Positions 16,890 through 26,351 of a stretch of DNA of 64,000 bases are shown piece by piece. The stretch covers positions 32,001 to 96,000 of IMG/VR virus record IMGVR_UViG_3300029310_000398, one strand, 5' to 3'. Under the pieces are notes generated by a model. It saw only the letters and a list, made by a program, of their open reading frames with translations. It did no database searches and had not been told where the DNA came from. Numbering within the stretch: position 1 is the stretch's first letter; each line of letters starts with the position of its first letter. Source of the DNA: a virus. The position numbers and the translations under genes are program-made.

Positions 16890-17459
16890 ATGGCGGCGCA
16901 GCACGGCAGCACTAACAAGCATGGAAGCAGCAACAAAAAAGGCCCCACCGAAGGGGGCAAAATCGACGACCTAATTGAAGATTTCCTCAAATATTTGAGG
17001 TGCGAAGACAACGAAGTAGTTCGCAAATCAGTAGAGAAAGCGGTGCAGGACCCTCTCTCCCTGATGGACATGATGATAAGCGTCATGGAATTTATGGGAG
17101 ACGACCCCGACACAGCAAAACACCTTCTCGACATGGCAGAGCTCCGGCTCGCCACGTTGGTGAAAAATGCGGAAATATACGGTGTCATTGCCAAGCATGA
17201 GCTCACCCCTGAAGAAAAATGCCTTAATCACGCATTCACAGCCAGACAGGTTCTCTCGATGTGGCGCTACAGGAAGGAGCACCTCATCATCACGCCGATT
17301 GACCGCATTTACACCTGCATGGAGGACTTCATCACCGATGTGGCGAACGATAACGACTTCTCCCGTCAGAAGGCCAGTGCGGTCATTCAACAGAACGAGG
17401 CTGGTTACTATCAGTTCGTCGAGGGCATCGGACTTATCGTTTACGCCAAGGACGACTAA
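16890..17459 (+). CDS. hypothetical protein (189 aa)
   Basis: GAGGAGG RBS 10 nt before the ATG, with a terminator hairpin downstream. Confidence 0.65.
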   Translation: MAAQHGSTNKHGSSNKKGPTEGGKIDDLIEDFLKYLRCEDNEVVRKSVEKAVQDPLSLMDMMISVMEFMGDDPDTAKHLLDMAELRLATLVKNAEIYGVIAKHELTPEEKCLNHAFTARQVLSMWRYRKEHLIITPIDRIYTCMEDFITDVANDNDFSRQKASAVIQQNEAGYYQFVEGIGLIVYAKDD

Positions 17460-17544
17460 TCGGCGACTTAACCTTACCGACAACTTAATATAGGAACGCA
17501 CAAAGATTGCGGTTATGATTATTATAATACATGATATAATTTAA

Positions 17545-17581
17545 GGAGAGCAACCCGACTATGGATTGCTCTCCTTTTTTC
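17545..17581. terminator. bidirectional terminator between convergent genes
   Basis: GGAGAGCAA-12 nt-TTGCTCTCC followed by TTTTTTT. There is an A-run on the other side. Confidence 0.75.
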
Positions 17582-19099
17582 TTATTCAGTTTTATCGTTC
17601 CCTCCGTCCGGCTTTTGTCGCAAACGCAAAACACGCCGGATGAATGGGCGGACGTATGTCTCGTCAGGTGCAAGGGAGTAGCCCAGCGCCTCCGCGTACT
17701 CCACCGCTTCGCGGGAGGGGGTTCTCCCCTCACCTACCTTACGGATAAAGCCCTGAATGGCTCTGGGAGCCTCCTCATAGGCTTCGTCGCCCTTGCGGGT
17801 GTATCCACCCTTCCCTGTCGCTTCCGCGCCGTCGTAGACGTTCCTGAGGCGTCCTCCGCGACCGTAGTAGCTTATGGAAACATCATCAAACTTCCGGATA
17901 CCCTTATCATCGAGGGACAGGTACTTGATATGGTCGCTTAGGTGCGCCAGCAGCTCTGGACCTTTGCGCGTTACGGCACAGGCGTAGAGTGTCAGGATGA
18001 GCCTCTCGAAGTTTCCGTAAATGACTCTATCTTCCGAATCGAGGAAAATCGAAAAGAAGAACCCAGTCTTGGTATCATAGTACCCACTCAAGTCTCCCTC
18101 GCAGGTGTCCAGACGGTAAAGCATATAGATGGAATCACCGTATAGAGTTTCCTTGAGCAAGACCTTTCGGATGATGTCTTTATCGCTTGTGAACTCGAAT
18201 ACAGCACCGTTTGCAGGGAGCGTCGAGCTTCGTTTCGTTCGCAGCAGTTCATGCATCTCATCAGGCAGCATCGGAGGCAGCGCAACAATAGAAAAGAACT
18301 TATTTGCGATGGCAGAAAAGCGGTTCTGCGGGAGTATGTCAAAGGTGTACTCATTGATGAGCGCCGCCATACTTGCAATCTGGTTGGAGAAGATTCTATC
18401 CACCTGCGTGTAGAGTTCTAAATCATCTGTGTTTTGGATATAGTCATATCCCCACTTACCGTAGATTTCCTTGATTTGAGCATTCAGTTCCAATGGGGAA
18501 CGGATTTTCCCGTCGAGATGACGACGCTCCAGTTCAAAGGATGGTTTGTCCAAGAAGGGGTAGGTATCTTCCATAACCAGTAGTTCACCGGTTGTTTTCA
18601 TACCGCAGACGACCTTGGTCAAATCGAACTTGTCAGGGCGCAGGTATTCCGTCTGTTGCAGGAGGATACTGAAGTAACAGTACACCACATCAATATTGAT
18701 GTTCGATTGATTCTCTTCCTTTGCGGTAAAGAGGAGCCGAGATGCGGCCATGAGGAAATCAAAGAACAAGGCGTACTCGGATTCCTTCTTGATTTTGTGA
18801 GCCGTAGCATTGAAGAAGCTGTGCAGTCCCTTGATAAATTTGTCGGGATTGGCGCCGGCCAGCTCTACCTGAGACTCGTATAGCCGAGAAAACGCCTTGC
18901 CCTCGATGTCACTGCAGAAGAAATACAACGACGATGACAACTCCGAGAACGGAATATTTTGCAATGTACTCACAGTGACGACCGCAGTATTCATAGTCCT
19001 CCGCTGCAATAGGTTTGCCGGTCCATAACCGTCACCGTATTTCCGGTCGAACCAGTTGCGCCACTTTTTTACGAGGGTGTAATCTGCATCCATTGCCAT
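17582..19099 (-). CDS. hypothetical protein (505 aa), second gene of the AT-rich cassette
   Basis: Long ORF with lower GC than the flanks. I recognise no motif. The C-terminus is basic (GFIRKVGEGRTPSREAVEYAEALGYSLAPDETYVRPFIRRV). Confidence 0.8.
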   Translation of the reverse strand: MAMDADYTLVKKWRNWFDRKYGDGYGPANLLQRRTMNTAVVTVSTLQNIPFSELSSSLYFFCSDIEGKAFSRLYESQVELAGANPDKFIKGLHSFFNATAHKIKKESEYALFFDFLMAASRLLFTAKEENQSNINIDVVYCYFSILLQQTEYLRPDKFDLTKVVCGMKTTGELLVMEDTYPFLDKPSFELERRHLDGKIRSPLELNAQIKEIYGKWGYDYIQNTDDLELYTQVDRIFSNQIASMAALINEYTFDILPQNRFSAIANKFFSIVALPPMLPDEMHELLRTKRSSTLPANGAVFEFTSDKDIIRKVLLKETLYGDSIYMLYRLDTCEGDLSGYYDTKTGFFFSIFLDSEDRVIYGNFERLILTLYACAVTRKGPELLAHLSDHIKYLSLDDKGIRKFDDVSISYYGRGGRLRNVYDGAEATGKGGYTRKGDEAYEEAPRAIQGFIRKVGEGRTPSREAVEYAEALGYSLAPDETYVRPFIRRVLRLRQKPDGGNDKTE

Positions 19100-19135
19100 T
19101 TCCGTCTACACTCCTTTTGCTTTACGTCGTTCTTT

Positions 19136-19846
19136 TTATTTTACCCCATTAAAAGGAAAATTTCCACACGTTTCTTTTTCATATAACCGTTTTCTTATTT
19201 TGTCAGTTATTCCAGTGGAAATCAAAACGCTATTCATTCTTTGCATTTCTTTGTATAATTCAGGTTTTGCGGCATTACAGTGACCAATAGGAAAGAGCAC
19301 AATATTACCCGTACAACAATTACCCTTAATATTCTTGAGCGCCGTTGTTGTACGTATATCATCCCATGCAGAAATTATGAACAAACGATATGCACTTATA
19401 AAGCGAGCCACAATTAAGGAATCTTTCGTTCCTACTTGCAGATTAAGCAAAGGCATTGCCATCAGTTCATATTGTTCCAATAAGTCAACTTTGTGTTTTA
19501 GCGCAGTATTCATAAGCCAAGGGTCATCTTCAAAGTCTAAGAAACAATAATTATTAAAAATATTTACTAATGTCTGATATTCAAGGAGCCCTTCTGTATA
19601 TGACCCAATAGCATCTACAAACTCCTCAATACAAAAAGATGCATCCTGAACACATTGTAACAATCCTACTAAATCTCTTTTATATTGAATTGCCGTGCTT
19701 TCACGTATCTGCTTACGTGTTTCTATTAAGGAGAAATAAGCAATAACAAGCGAAATCATCGCAACAATGGGTGTAGCCAAATCAGCAATTAAACATATTT
19801 GCTCATAAGTAAAAAATGGCAACATGATTGGCACATACAAAAGCAT
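19136..19846 (-). CDS. hypothetical membrane-anchored protein (236 aa), first gene of the AT-rich cassette
   Basis: Markedly AT-rich coding sequence. Two N-terminal hydrophobic helices (MLLYVPIMLPFF..., LATPIVAMISLVIAYFSLI). Confidence 0.7.
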   Translation of the reverse strand: MLLYVPIMLPFFTYEQICLIADLATPIVAMISLVIAYFSLIETRKQIRESTAIQYKRDLVGLLQCVQDASFCIEEFVDAIGSYTEGLLEYQTLVNIFNNYCFLDFEDDPWLMNTALKHKVDLLEQYELMAMPLLNLQVGTKDSLIVARFISAYRLFIISAWDDIRTTTALKNIKGNCCTGNIVLFPIGHCNAAKPELYKEMQRMNSVLISTGITDKIRKRLYEKETCGNFPFNGVK

Positions 19847-19864
19847 ATAGAGTCATCCTTTCTA

Positions 19865-19910
19865 TAAAATTATAATAGGAGCATGAGCACTTTTTACAGG
19901 CTCATGCTCC
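19865..19910 (-). terminator. hairpin separating the upstream membrane-protein gene from the AT-rich cassette
   Basis: GGAGCATGAGC-11 nt-GCTCATGCTCC, with only a moderately T-rich tail on the minus strand. Confidence 0.5.
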
Positions 19911-19965
19911 CGTTATAGACCTTCTCTTTTTAGTAGTTACGAATAAGCAAGGATACGGCCTAAAC

Positions 19966-20346
19966 CTACTCGGCATCATCCTCTTTGCGCCGGAAGTCTG
20001 AATTGGGCTGATTTGCTTCATCCTTAGCCCTATTATTGCTTTTCTTAAAAGCAATAATCCCACAGACCAATCCTCCGATAGCGAAGATAGGCATAAGCAC
20101 TCCGAGGGCACCGATAATACAACAGCCAACACCTACGCTGCTGAGGATAATAACAGTCTTGTTGTTAGCCTTAATGCCGCGTACCAAACCGATAATAGAA
20201 AATACGGCACCTACGCAAAGAATAAGGTAGAAAATGATTGCCACTACAATGAGTCCACCAGTCAATGCAAGCAATGTGTCAGTAGGAAAAGACTGAACAC
20301 CATTGACAATAACATCGCTTCCATTCCCACCATAAGGAAAATCCAT
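19966..20346 (-). CDS. small multi-pass membrane protein (126 aa)
   Basis: I take the start at MDFPYGGNG (ATG 20346). Three or four G/I/V-rich helices. The longer track ORF would run through the terminator of the adhesin gene. Confidence 0.55.
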   Translation of the reverse strand: MDFPYGGNGSDVIVNGVQSFPTDTLLALTGGLIVVAIIFYLILCVGAVFSIIGLVRGIKANNKTVIILSSVGVGCCIIGALGVLMPIFAIGGLVCGIIAFKKSNNRAKDEANQPNSDFRRKEDDAE

Positions 20347-20384
20347 AGTTTTACTCTCTTTCCGGGGAGGTCCACTCCCCTGCT

Positions 20385-20432
20385 TTTTATTTTTGTAAAA
20401 ACAGGGGCGCAGGCACAAGGTCTGCGCCCCTG
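20385..20432 (-). terminator. intrinsic terminator of adhesin gene 1
   Basis: 11-bp stem CAGGGGCGCAG/CTGCGCCCCTG followed by TTTTTAC on the minus strand. Confidence 0.8.
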
Positions 20433-20468
20433 AATTCACTTTTGAGTGATGCTCAGGCGGGGTTATGC

Positions 20469-23400
20469 TTACTCGGCGAACTGCTCCTTCTTGCGACGGA
20501 ACATGAACATCGCCGTAGCGCAGCAAGCGATGGCACTGAACGTACCCAGCATAGCCCACAGGCCGATGCCTTCATCGCCGGTCTGGACGCTATCGCGGAA
20601 GTACACCGTCTGAGCGCCGTCCATCAGGTCGTTGTGCGTTGCAATGACATTGCCGGCTTCGGCCTTGCCTTCGTACAGTGTCTCGAACACAACGATGGCG
20701 TGGTCCTTCAGCTTGGATGCGTCGAACTTGAACGTAACGTTCACAGCGCCATTGGCGGACTTGGGAGTGAAGGTGGTGGAGGCGGTAATCAGGTTGCCGT
20801 TGTTGTCCTTCAGGGCAACGCCGGTATCCTTATCCATCAGCGTACCAACCAGCACGTAGGTCTTACCCACGGTCAGGCCGGTGTAGTTGACAGTATCCAC
20901 GATTTTCACGTTCTTGCCAGCCACGGAGTTCTTCTTGTCCTTGCCGTCGAAGGTGGCAGTCGTAGAGATGCTCGGACCGGAATAGGTCGGGATGCGCTTG
21001 ATAGTCACGGTCTGGTCAACATCGTTGATGTCGGTGTGAGTAGCGACCGTAGTGCCATTGCGGGTCAGAGTCTCGAACACGACCAGTGTCTTGCCGCCCA
21101 GAATGGACGCATCGAACACGAAGCTCACATCCACAGTACCGTCAGAAGACTTAGCCTCAAATTCGGTAGTAGCGGTGATTTCCTTGTTGTTGCGGCCCAG
21201 AACGGGCTTGCCGGTAGCTTTGTCCATCAGAGTGCCGGTCACGGTATACTTATTACCAGCAATCAGGCCCTTGTAGGACACGGTATCAATCAGCTCAACC
21301 TTGCTGTAGGCCCAGAATTCCTTCTTGCCATCAGCAGCGTTCTTGGCAGAGGTCTTGATTTCGGGATTATTGACGGTCACGGTCTGGTCAGCATCATTGA
21401 TGTCGGCGTGGACAGCGATTTCAATATCCTTGTACTGCAGGGACTCGAACACGACGATGGACTCGCCACGCAGCAGAGAAGCGTCGAGGACGAAGATGAC
21501 GTCCACGGTGCCCTTGGAAGCCTCGGCGGTGAAGGTGGTGGAAGCGGTAATTTCCTTACCGTCCTTATCCTTCAGAGGCTCGTTGGTGGCCTTGTTCATC
21601 AGCTTACCGGAGACAGTGTACTTCTCACCGACAATCAGGCCGGAGTAAGACACGGTATCCTTGATTTCAGCGCGAGCTTCGGGGTCAAGAGTCTTGCCGT
21701 TGGTGGCGTTGTTCACGGCCTTGGTGCCGATTTCTGGAACGCCGATGGTAACGGTCTGGCCCTCATCGTTGATGTCCTCATGGCTCACAAACACGGGCTT
21801 ATCGGAGTCACCGGGAACAATCTCGTTGCCCAGATACACACGCTCGAATACCACCAGAGACTTGCCGGCCAGCTCAGTGGCATTGAAGACGAACTTCACG
21901 TCCACAGTGCCAGTAGCCTGCTCAGGAGTGAACACCTTGTAGGCGGTAATGGGCTCGCCCTTGGCATCGGTGACGGGCTTGCCGGTTGCCTTATCCATCA
22001 GAGTACCGATAGCAATGAACTCCTTACCCACAGGCATATTCTCATAGGAGATGGTATCAACCAGAATCACATCGTCCAGAGGCATAAATTCCTTGCCGCC
22101 GGCGGAGTTCTTCGCGGTAGTACCAATCTTGGGATTCAGGACGGTCACGGTCTGGTCAACATCGTTGATGTCGGCATGAGTCGCAACGACCTTCTCACCA
22201 CGCTTCAGGTCCTCGAAAGCAACGAGGGACTCGCCGCCCAGCAGAGAAGCATCGAAGGTGAACTCCAGCTCCACATAGCCGGTAAAGTCAGCCTCGGCCT
22301 TGAAGGTCTTGGAAGCAGTGATGCGGTTGCCCTGAGCATCCAGCAGAGGCTCACCGGTGGACTTGACCACCAGATAGCCCTCGACCGTATAGGTCTTGTT
22401 GGGGATGACATCAGTGCATTCCACCTTATCAATGATAGTGACGGAGGTGGAGGGAATGATTTCCTTGTTGCCGTCCTTATCGGTGGCAGTGGTCTTGACC
22501 TTGGGGGTCACGGCCTCATCCTCAGCGACGATGCTCACGGTCACAAGACCGGTCTCAGCGTCCAGAGAGATGGTGTCGGGAGTGACATCAAAGCGGATGG
22601 GAGTGTCCATCAGCTCGTAGCCCTTGGGGGCCTTGGTCTCGACCAGATGATAGCCCTCGCCATAAGGCAGGACCAGAGGAGTCACAAAGTAACCCTCGTC
22701 ATTGGTCACGAATGTATCAATATACTTGACAGTGGGATAAGTGACCTTCTGAGACACCTTGTTGCCATCGGGGTCATAAATCTGGAATTCAGCGCCGCCC
22801 CAAGGAATGACTTCGCCATCGAACTCATCGACCTTCACAACGCGCAGATACGCAGTGATGGGGCCGTTGTTGACAGCCAAATCATGATGGTCACGGTCAA
22901 CTTCGCCAACCAGAACGGTGAACTCAGGCGCGAGCCCCGCACCCTTATCCCCGGCCTTGGTCTGATGCACCACATAGGTGCCGTAGGGCAGCTCGATGGA
23001 CTTGCCGCTGTAACCCAAGACGTTGGTCGTCAGGATACCGCGCTCGTCATCCTTAGCGTTCTCGTAAGAGCCGGCGGACTGCAGCCAATACTTGAACTCT
23101 GCACCGCCCTCGAACTTAGCGGGACCGGAGGTGCCGTCGGAGATGAACTTGGTGATGGCGAAGGTGCCGCGATTGATGACCTCGACAGAGGTAATCTGGG
23201 GAGCAACGTTGTGTTCGATACGGTAGTTCTCCGGCTCGGCGCCGACGCGATACACGCCCTCATCAATCTGATAGCCAGTGGGCGCCTTGATTTCACGGAT
23301 GGTGTAATCATAGCCGCAGATGTACTCGTCAGTGGTGAGCTTGCCATCGCTGCCGATAACGTACTCCTTCACCAGCTCGTCACCCTTATACAGACCGTAC

Positions 23401-26099
23401 ACAGCACCCTCAAAGACACCATCACCGCGAGGGATGTTGCCAGTCTCAGCGTCCGTCTTCTCCACAGTGACCTTCCACTTCTTCAGTACGTTGCTCACAG
23501 CCGTATCGGTCGTCTTCTGGTACTCGACCACAAGACCTTCCTGAACAGCGGGGATGACGTACTTCACAGCGGTATCGACCTCTTCCAGCGTGTAGTTGTT
23601 GCCAATCAGGACGTCCTTGAAGATGGCGACGCCGTCAGCGTTGGTGGTAGCGGTCATGTCCACAGCATCGCCGGAAATGGCCGTGCCGTACAGACGGAAG
23701 GTAATACCCTCGACCAGACCATCCTCGGAGGTCTTAGTCACGCGCAGGTCGCCGCGCTTGAGCTTGTTGTAGACTTCCACATCAGTGGTGTTGCCCAGCG
23801 TCACCTTGACACCAGCCTTCACCTCAGGAACAAGGTACTTCGCAGCGGTGTTGACTTCCTCAACGCTGTAATTGTTACCAATCAGAACGTTATTGAAAGT
23901 AGCGATACCGTTTGCGTCAGTAACAGCGGTCATGTCAACGGTCTCACCGTTGATGGCCGTACCGTACAGCCGGAACGTGATACCGGCGGTCTTACCGTCC
24001 TCAGAGGTCTTCTTGACCTCAACGGCACCGCGAGCCAGCTTGTTCTCGAACTGCAGGTTGGTCGTCTTGTTCAGAGAAATGGTCACACCCTCCTGAATGG
24101 CGGGAACGACATATCTCTCAGCGGTGTTGATTTCCTGCACGGTGTAGTTGTTACCGATAAGGATATCCTTAAACAGAATCACACCGTTCTCATCGGTGGT
24201 AGCCGTCTCGTTGACAGCCGCACCGGAGATGGAAGTACCGGACAGGCGGAAAGTCATACCGGACACGAAGCCATCTTCGGAAGTCTTCGTGATTTTCAGA
24301 TTACCGCGAGCCAGCTTATTCTCGAACTTGGCTTCAGTGGCGGCGTTGTACTCAACGACAACACCAGCCTGAACTTCAGGAACCACATACTTTGCAGCGG
24401 TATTGATTTCCTCAAGTTTGTAGTTCTTACCAATGGGAACGTTGTTGAAAGTGGCAACGCCGTTCGCATCGGTAGTAGCAGTCATGTTCACGGACGTACC
24501 GGCAGCGGAAGTGCCGGACAGCCGGAAGGTATGACCGGCAACCTGACCATCCTCAGACATCTTCGTAATCTTGACAGTGCCCTTCTTCAGAACGTTGTTG
24601 AAGCTCACTGTTTTGACGTCTCCGATTGCGATGGTCACAGTCTGAGATGTCGTCGGAATGTAGTTTTCCGACGTCTTCTCTGTCACAGTGTACGTACCGG
24701 GCTGCAGGTCAGCAATGGTGATTTTGCCGTTGGCAGCAGTTGCCACGGTTTTGCTGAAACCGTTGGGACCGGTCACGGTGAAGCTCACGCCGCCAACCTT
24801 GCTATCCTCAGAGGTCTTGGCAATGGTCAGGTCTCCGGTGGTCTTCGTGACCTTTGCTCTGACGTAAGCCGTAACAGGGTCAGGCCAACCATTCAGAGCA
24901 ACGCAGTCCTGCTTGCCTCCGCCAGCGACAAGAACATAGGCGTTGACGCTATCGGGGTCAATCACATTACCCTCGGAAGGATTGGAGGCGATACCATCCA
25001 GCATACTCTTCGCTGCCTCGGCTGTGGCGTTGATTGTCAGATTGTAACCGCTTTGGATTGTTTCCACCCCGGCCAGATTGAACGTAAAGTCTTCGAAGTT
25101 CGGAAGAACTCTGTTTGAGTCGTACTCTGTTGCTGTCCACTTAGAGCCATCCCACTCAAGTTCAATATCTTTTCTGAAATCTGTGGGACGGTAAACAGCA
25201 AAGCTGGGGATTTCAGCGTGCTGGTTAATCATGCTCCAAATGTAATCGTGAGCAGCCTTGATATAAGGTGCAACTTCAGGGTCATAAGCATGACCGGGAC
25301 CCACAAACAGGTCACTCAAGTCTGAGTAAGGGCCAACAATCTCCCAAATTACTTCCTGAGTAGCGCACCATGCATACGTGCCATTGCCGGCATAAGACAG
25401 AAGTGTTCTATCATCCACACCACCATATCCGTAGGCAAGAGCAAGACGGACATCATCGCTACCCCAAAAAGTATTTGCATCAACAGAAGTGCCACTACCG
25501 GGAGCTCCCTTGTGAGGTTCGATACAATAAGCGGGCTGGCCGTTGAAATATTTTACAACAGCGCTTGTATACGGCTCAAATGTTGACAGCCACGTACTGT
25601 TGTAACTCATATCGTCACCGGTCGTAATGGTTCCGGAGGAACGAGCGGGTGCTCTCATGGCACTGATAGCTCTGGGTGCGTTCTGCGCTGACCCGTAAAG
25701 GACGGAAACGCTCACAGGCGTATCTTCTCCAGCGTAGGGGTCCTGAAGCCCCTCCTCCGTCACGGACGTTTTGACAGACTCATCCTTACCAGCCCCGGAT
25801 TTATCTTCACCCAGAGCAGCCTGCCCATTTTCGGAGGAGCTTTCTTTATCCTCAATGACGGGAGAATCAGACTTCTCACTGTCATCAGGATTCTTTGTGT
25901 CTTCTGTGGCGTTATAAACCAAATCGCCATCGCCAGAATCAGTCTTCCCGACCTCCACAGGGTCAGAAACACTTCCGATAACGACCGAATTACTGCCGCC
26001 ATCCGCATCCGCTGCATACACGGATGTCGGGAGCAATCCGACCACCATCACCAGCGTCAGCAACATAGCTACTACGCCACGCAGCTTCTTGTGTTTCAT
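20469..26099 (-). CDS. giant sortase-anchored adhesin (1876 aa): thioester domain + Cna-B/SpaA repeats + Thr-Gln ester-bond (VaFE) repeats
   Basis: Signal peptide MKHKKLRGVVAMLLTLVMVVGLLPTSVYA. Thioester motifs AYCIEP and CATQEVIW (TQxxIW). About 8 Cna-B-like repeats (G.L.ITKTSEDG...F.L.GT...GNNY.L.E). Five repeats ending LVVFE...H.DI.D..QTV (HxDxxDxxQ). C-terminal VQTGD + hydrophobic helix + RRKKEQ. Confidence 0.95.
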   Translation of the reverse strand: MKHKKLRGVVAMLLTLVMVVGLLPTSVYAADADGGSNSVVIGSVSDPVEVGKTDSGDGDLVYNATEDTKNPDDSEKSDSPVIEDKESSSENGQAALGEDKSGAGKDESVKTSVTEEGLQDPYAGEDTPVSVSVLYGSAQNAPRAISAMRAPARSSGTITTGDDMSYNSTWLSTFEPYTSAVVKYFNGQPAYCIEPHKGAPGSGTSVDANTFWGSDDVRLALAYGYGGVDDRTLLSYAGNGTYAWCATQEVIWEIVGPYSDLSDLFVGPGHAYDPEVAPYIKAAHDYIWSMINQHAEIPSFAVYRPTDFRKDIELEWDGSKWTATEYDSNRVLPNFEDFTFNLAGVETIQSGYNLTINATAEAAKSMLDGIASNPSEGNVIDPDSVNAYVLVAGGGKQDCVALNGWPDPVTAYVRAKVTKTTGDLTIAKTSEDSKVGGVSFTVTGPNGFSKTVATAANGKITIADLQPGTYTVTEKTSENYIPTTSQTVTIAIGDVKTVSFNNVLKKGTVKITKMSEDGQVAGHTFRLSGTSAAGTSVNMTATTDANGVATFNNVPIGKNYKLEEINTAAKYVVPEVQAGVVVEYNAATEAKFENKLARGNLKITKTSEDGFVSGMTFRLSGTSISGAAVNETATTDENGVILFKDILIGNNYTVQEINTAERYVVPAIQEGVTISLNKTTNLQFENKLARGAVEVKKTSEDGKTAGITFRLYGTAINGETVDMTAVTDANGIATFNNVLIGNNYSVEEVNTAAKYLVPEVKAGVKVTLGNTTDVEVYNKLKRGDLRVTKTSEDGLVEGITFRLYGTAISGDAVDMTATTNADGVAIFKDVLIGNNYTLEEVDTAVKYVIPAVQEGLVVEYQKTTDTAVSNVLKKWKVTVEKTDAETGNIPRGDGVFEGAVYGLYKGDELVKEYVIGSDGKLTTDEYICGYDYTIREIKAPTGYQIDEGVYRVGAEPENYRIEHNVAPQITSVEVINRGTFAITKFISDGTSGPAKFEGGAEFKYWLQSAGSYENAKDDERGILTTNVLGYSGKSIELPYGTYVVHQTKAGDKGAGLAPEFTVLVGEVDRDHHDLAVNNGPITAYLRVVKVDEFDGEVIPWGGAEFQIYDPDGNKVSQKVTYPTVKYIDTFVTNDEGYFVTPLVLPYGEGYHLVETKAPKGYELMDTPIRFDVTPDTISLDAETGLVTVSIVAEDEAVTPKVKTTATDKDGNKEIIPSTSVTIIDKVECTDVIPNKTYTVEGYLVVKSTGEPLLDAQGNRITASKTFKAEADFTGYVELEFTFDASLLGGESLVAFEDLKRGEKVVATHADINDVDQTVTVLNPKIGTTAKNSAGGKEFMPLDDVILVDTISYENMPVGKEFIAIGTLMDKATGKPVTDAKGEPITAYKVFTPEQATGTVDVKFVFNATELAGKSLVVFERVYLGNEIVPGDSDKPVFVSHEDINDEGQTVTIGVPEIGTKAVNNATNGKTLDPEARAEIKDTVSYSGLIVGEKYTVSGKLMNKATNEPLKDKDGKEITASTTFTAEASKGTVDVIFVLDASLLRGESIVVFESLQYKDIEIAVHADINDADQTVTVNNPEIKTSAKNAADGKKEFWAYSKVELIDTVSYKGLIAGNKYTVTGTLMDKATGKPVLGRNNKEITATTEFEAKSSDGTVDVSFVFDASILGGKTLVVFETLTRNGTTVATHTDINDVDQTVTIKRIPTYSGPSISTTATFDGKDKKNSVAGKNVKIVDTVNYTGLTVGKTYVLVGTLMDKDTGVALKDNNGNLITASTTFTPKSANGAVNVTFKFDASKLKDHAIVVFETLYEGKAEAGNVIATHNDLMDGAQTVYFRDSVQTGDEGIGLWAMLGTFSAIACCATAMFMFRRKKEQFAE
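20600..22510 (-). repeat. tandem coding repeats (5 VaFE/ester-bond Ig-like modules), approximate bounds
   Basis: Periodic module of about 120-130 aa, DTV.Y.GL..G..YTV.G.LMDK.TG.P....G..ITA...F......G.VDV.F.FDA..L.G..LVVFE. Confidence 0.7.
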
Positions 26100-26224
26100 G
26101 GTTTTTGAAATCTCCTTTCAAAAAGTTTTGAAGATTAACCGGCCTTCCTACCTTTACATGAATATGATATTTTGCCAAGTTCGAGATGTGAAAAAGGTAG
26201 GAGACCGACGCTCTCCATAATCCC

Positions 26225-26252
26225 ATAGTAGCATATTCGATTATATTGTCAA
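26225..26252 (-). promoter_or_regulatory. promoter of adhesin gene 1 (TTGACA-16-TACTAT)
   Basis: Minus strand reads TTGACAATATAATCGAATATGCTACTAT. The conserved box AAAATTTGCAGCT lies 9 nt upstream of the -35. Confidence 0.6.
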
Positions 26253-26300
26253 CACATCTGAAGCTGCAAATTTTTTGATGTTTTATAAAGAGTTCAAAGC

Positions 26301-26332
26301 AAAAAAAAGCAGCGGCATCGCCGCTGCTTTTC
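26301..26332. terminator. bidirectional terminator downstream of the lipoprotein gene
   Basis: AAAAAAAA-GCAGCGGC-ATC-GCCGCTGC-TTTTC. Confidence 0.8.
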
Positions 26333-26351
26333 TAAATTTAATTGAAACTTG

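Noticed and set aside
20442-25118. 1558-aa ORF on the plus strand
   Set aside because: It is antisense to the adhesin gene, whose product has a signal peptide, recognisable domains and a sorting signal. The plus-strand translation is a monotonous G/V/L/D/H/N-rich mirror of the repeats, with no RBS or domain logic.
26160-26195. Second promoter-like sequence TTGGCAAAATATCATATTCATGTAAAGGT in the adhesin-1 leader
   Set aside because: The -10 is poor (TAAAGG), and the sequence sits in the loop of a 9-bp leader helix (CCTACCTTT/AAAGGTAGG). I kept only the upstream TTGACA-16-TACTAT promoter.
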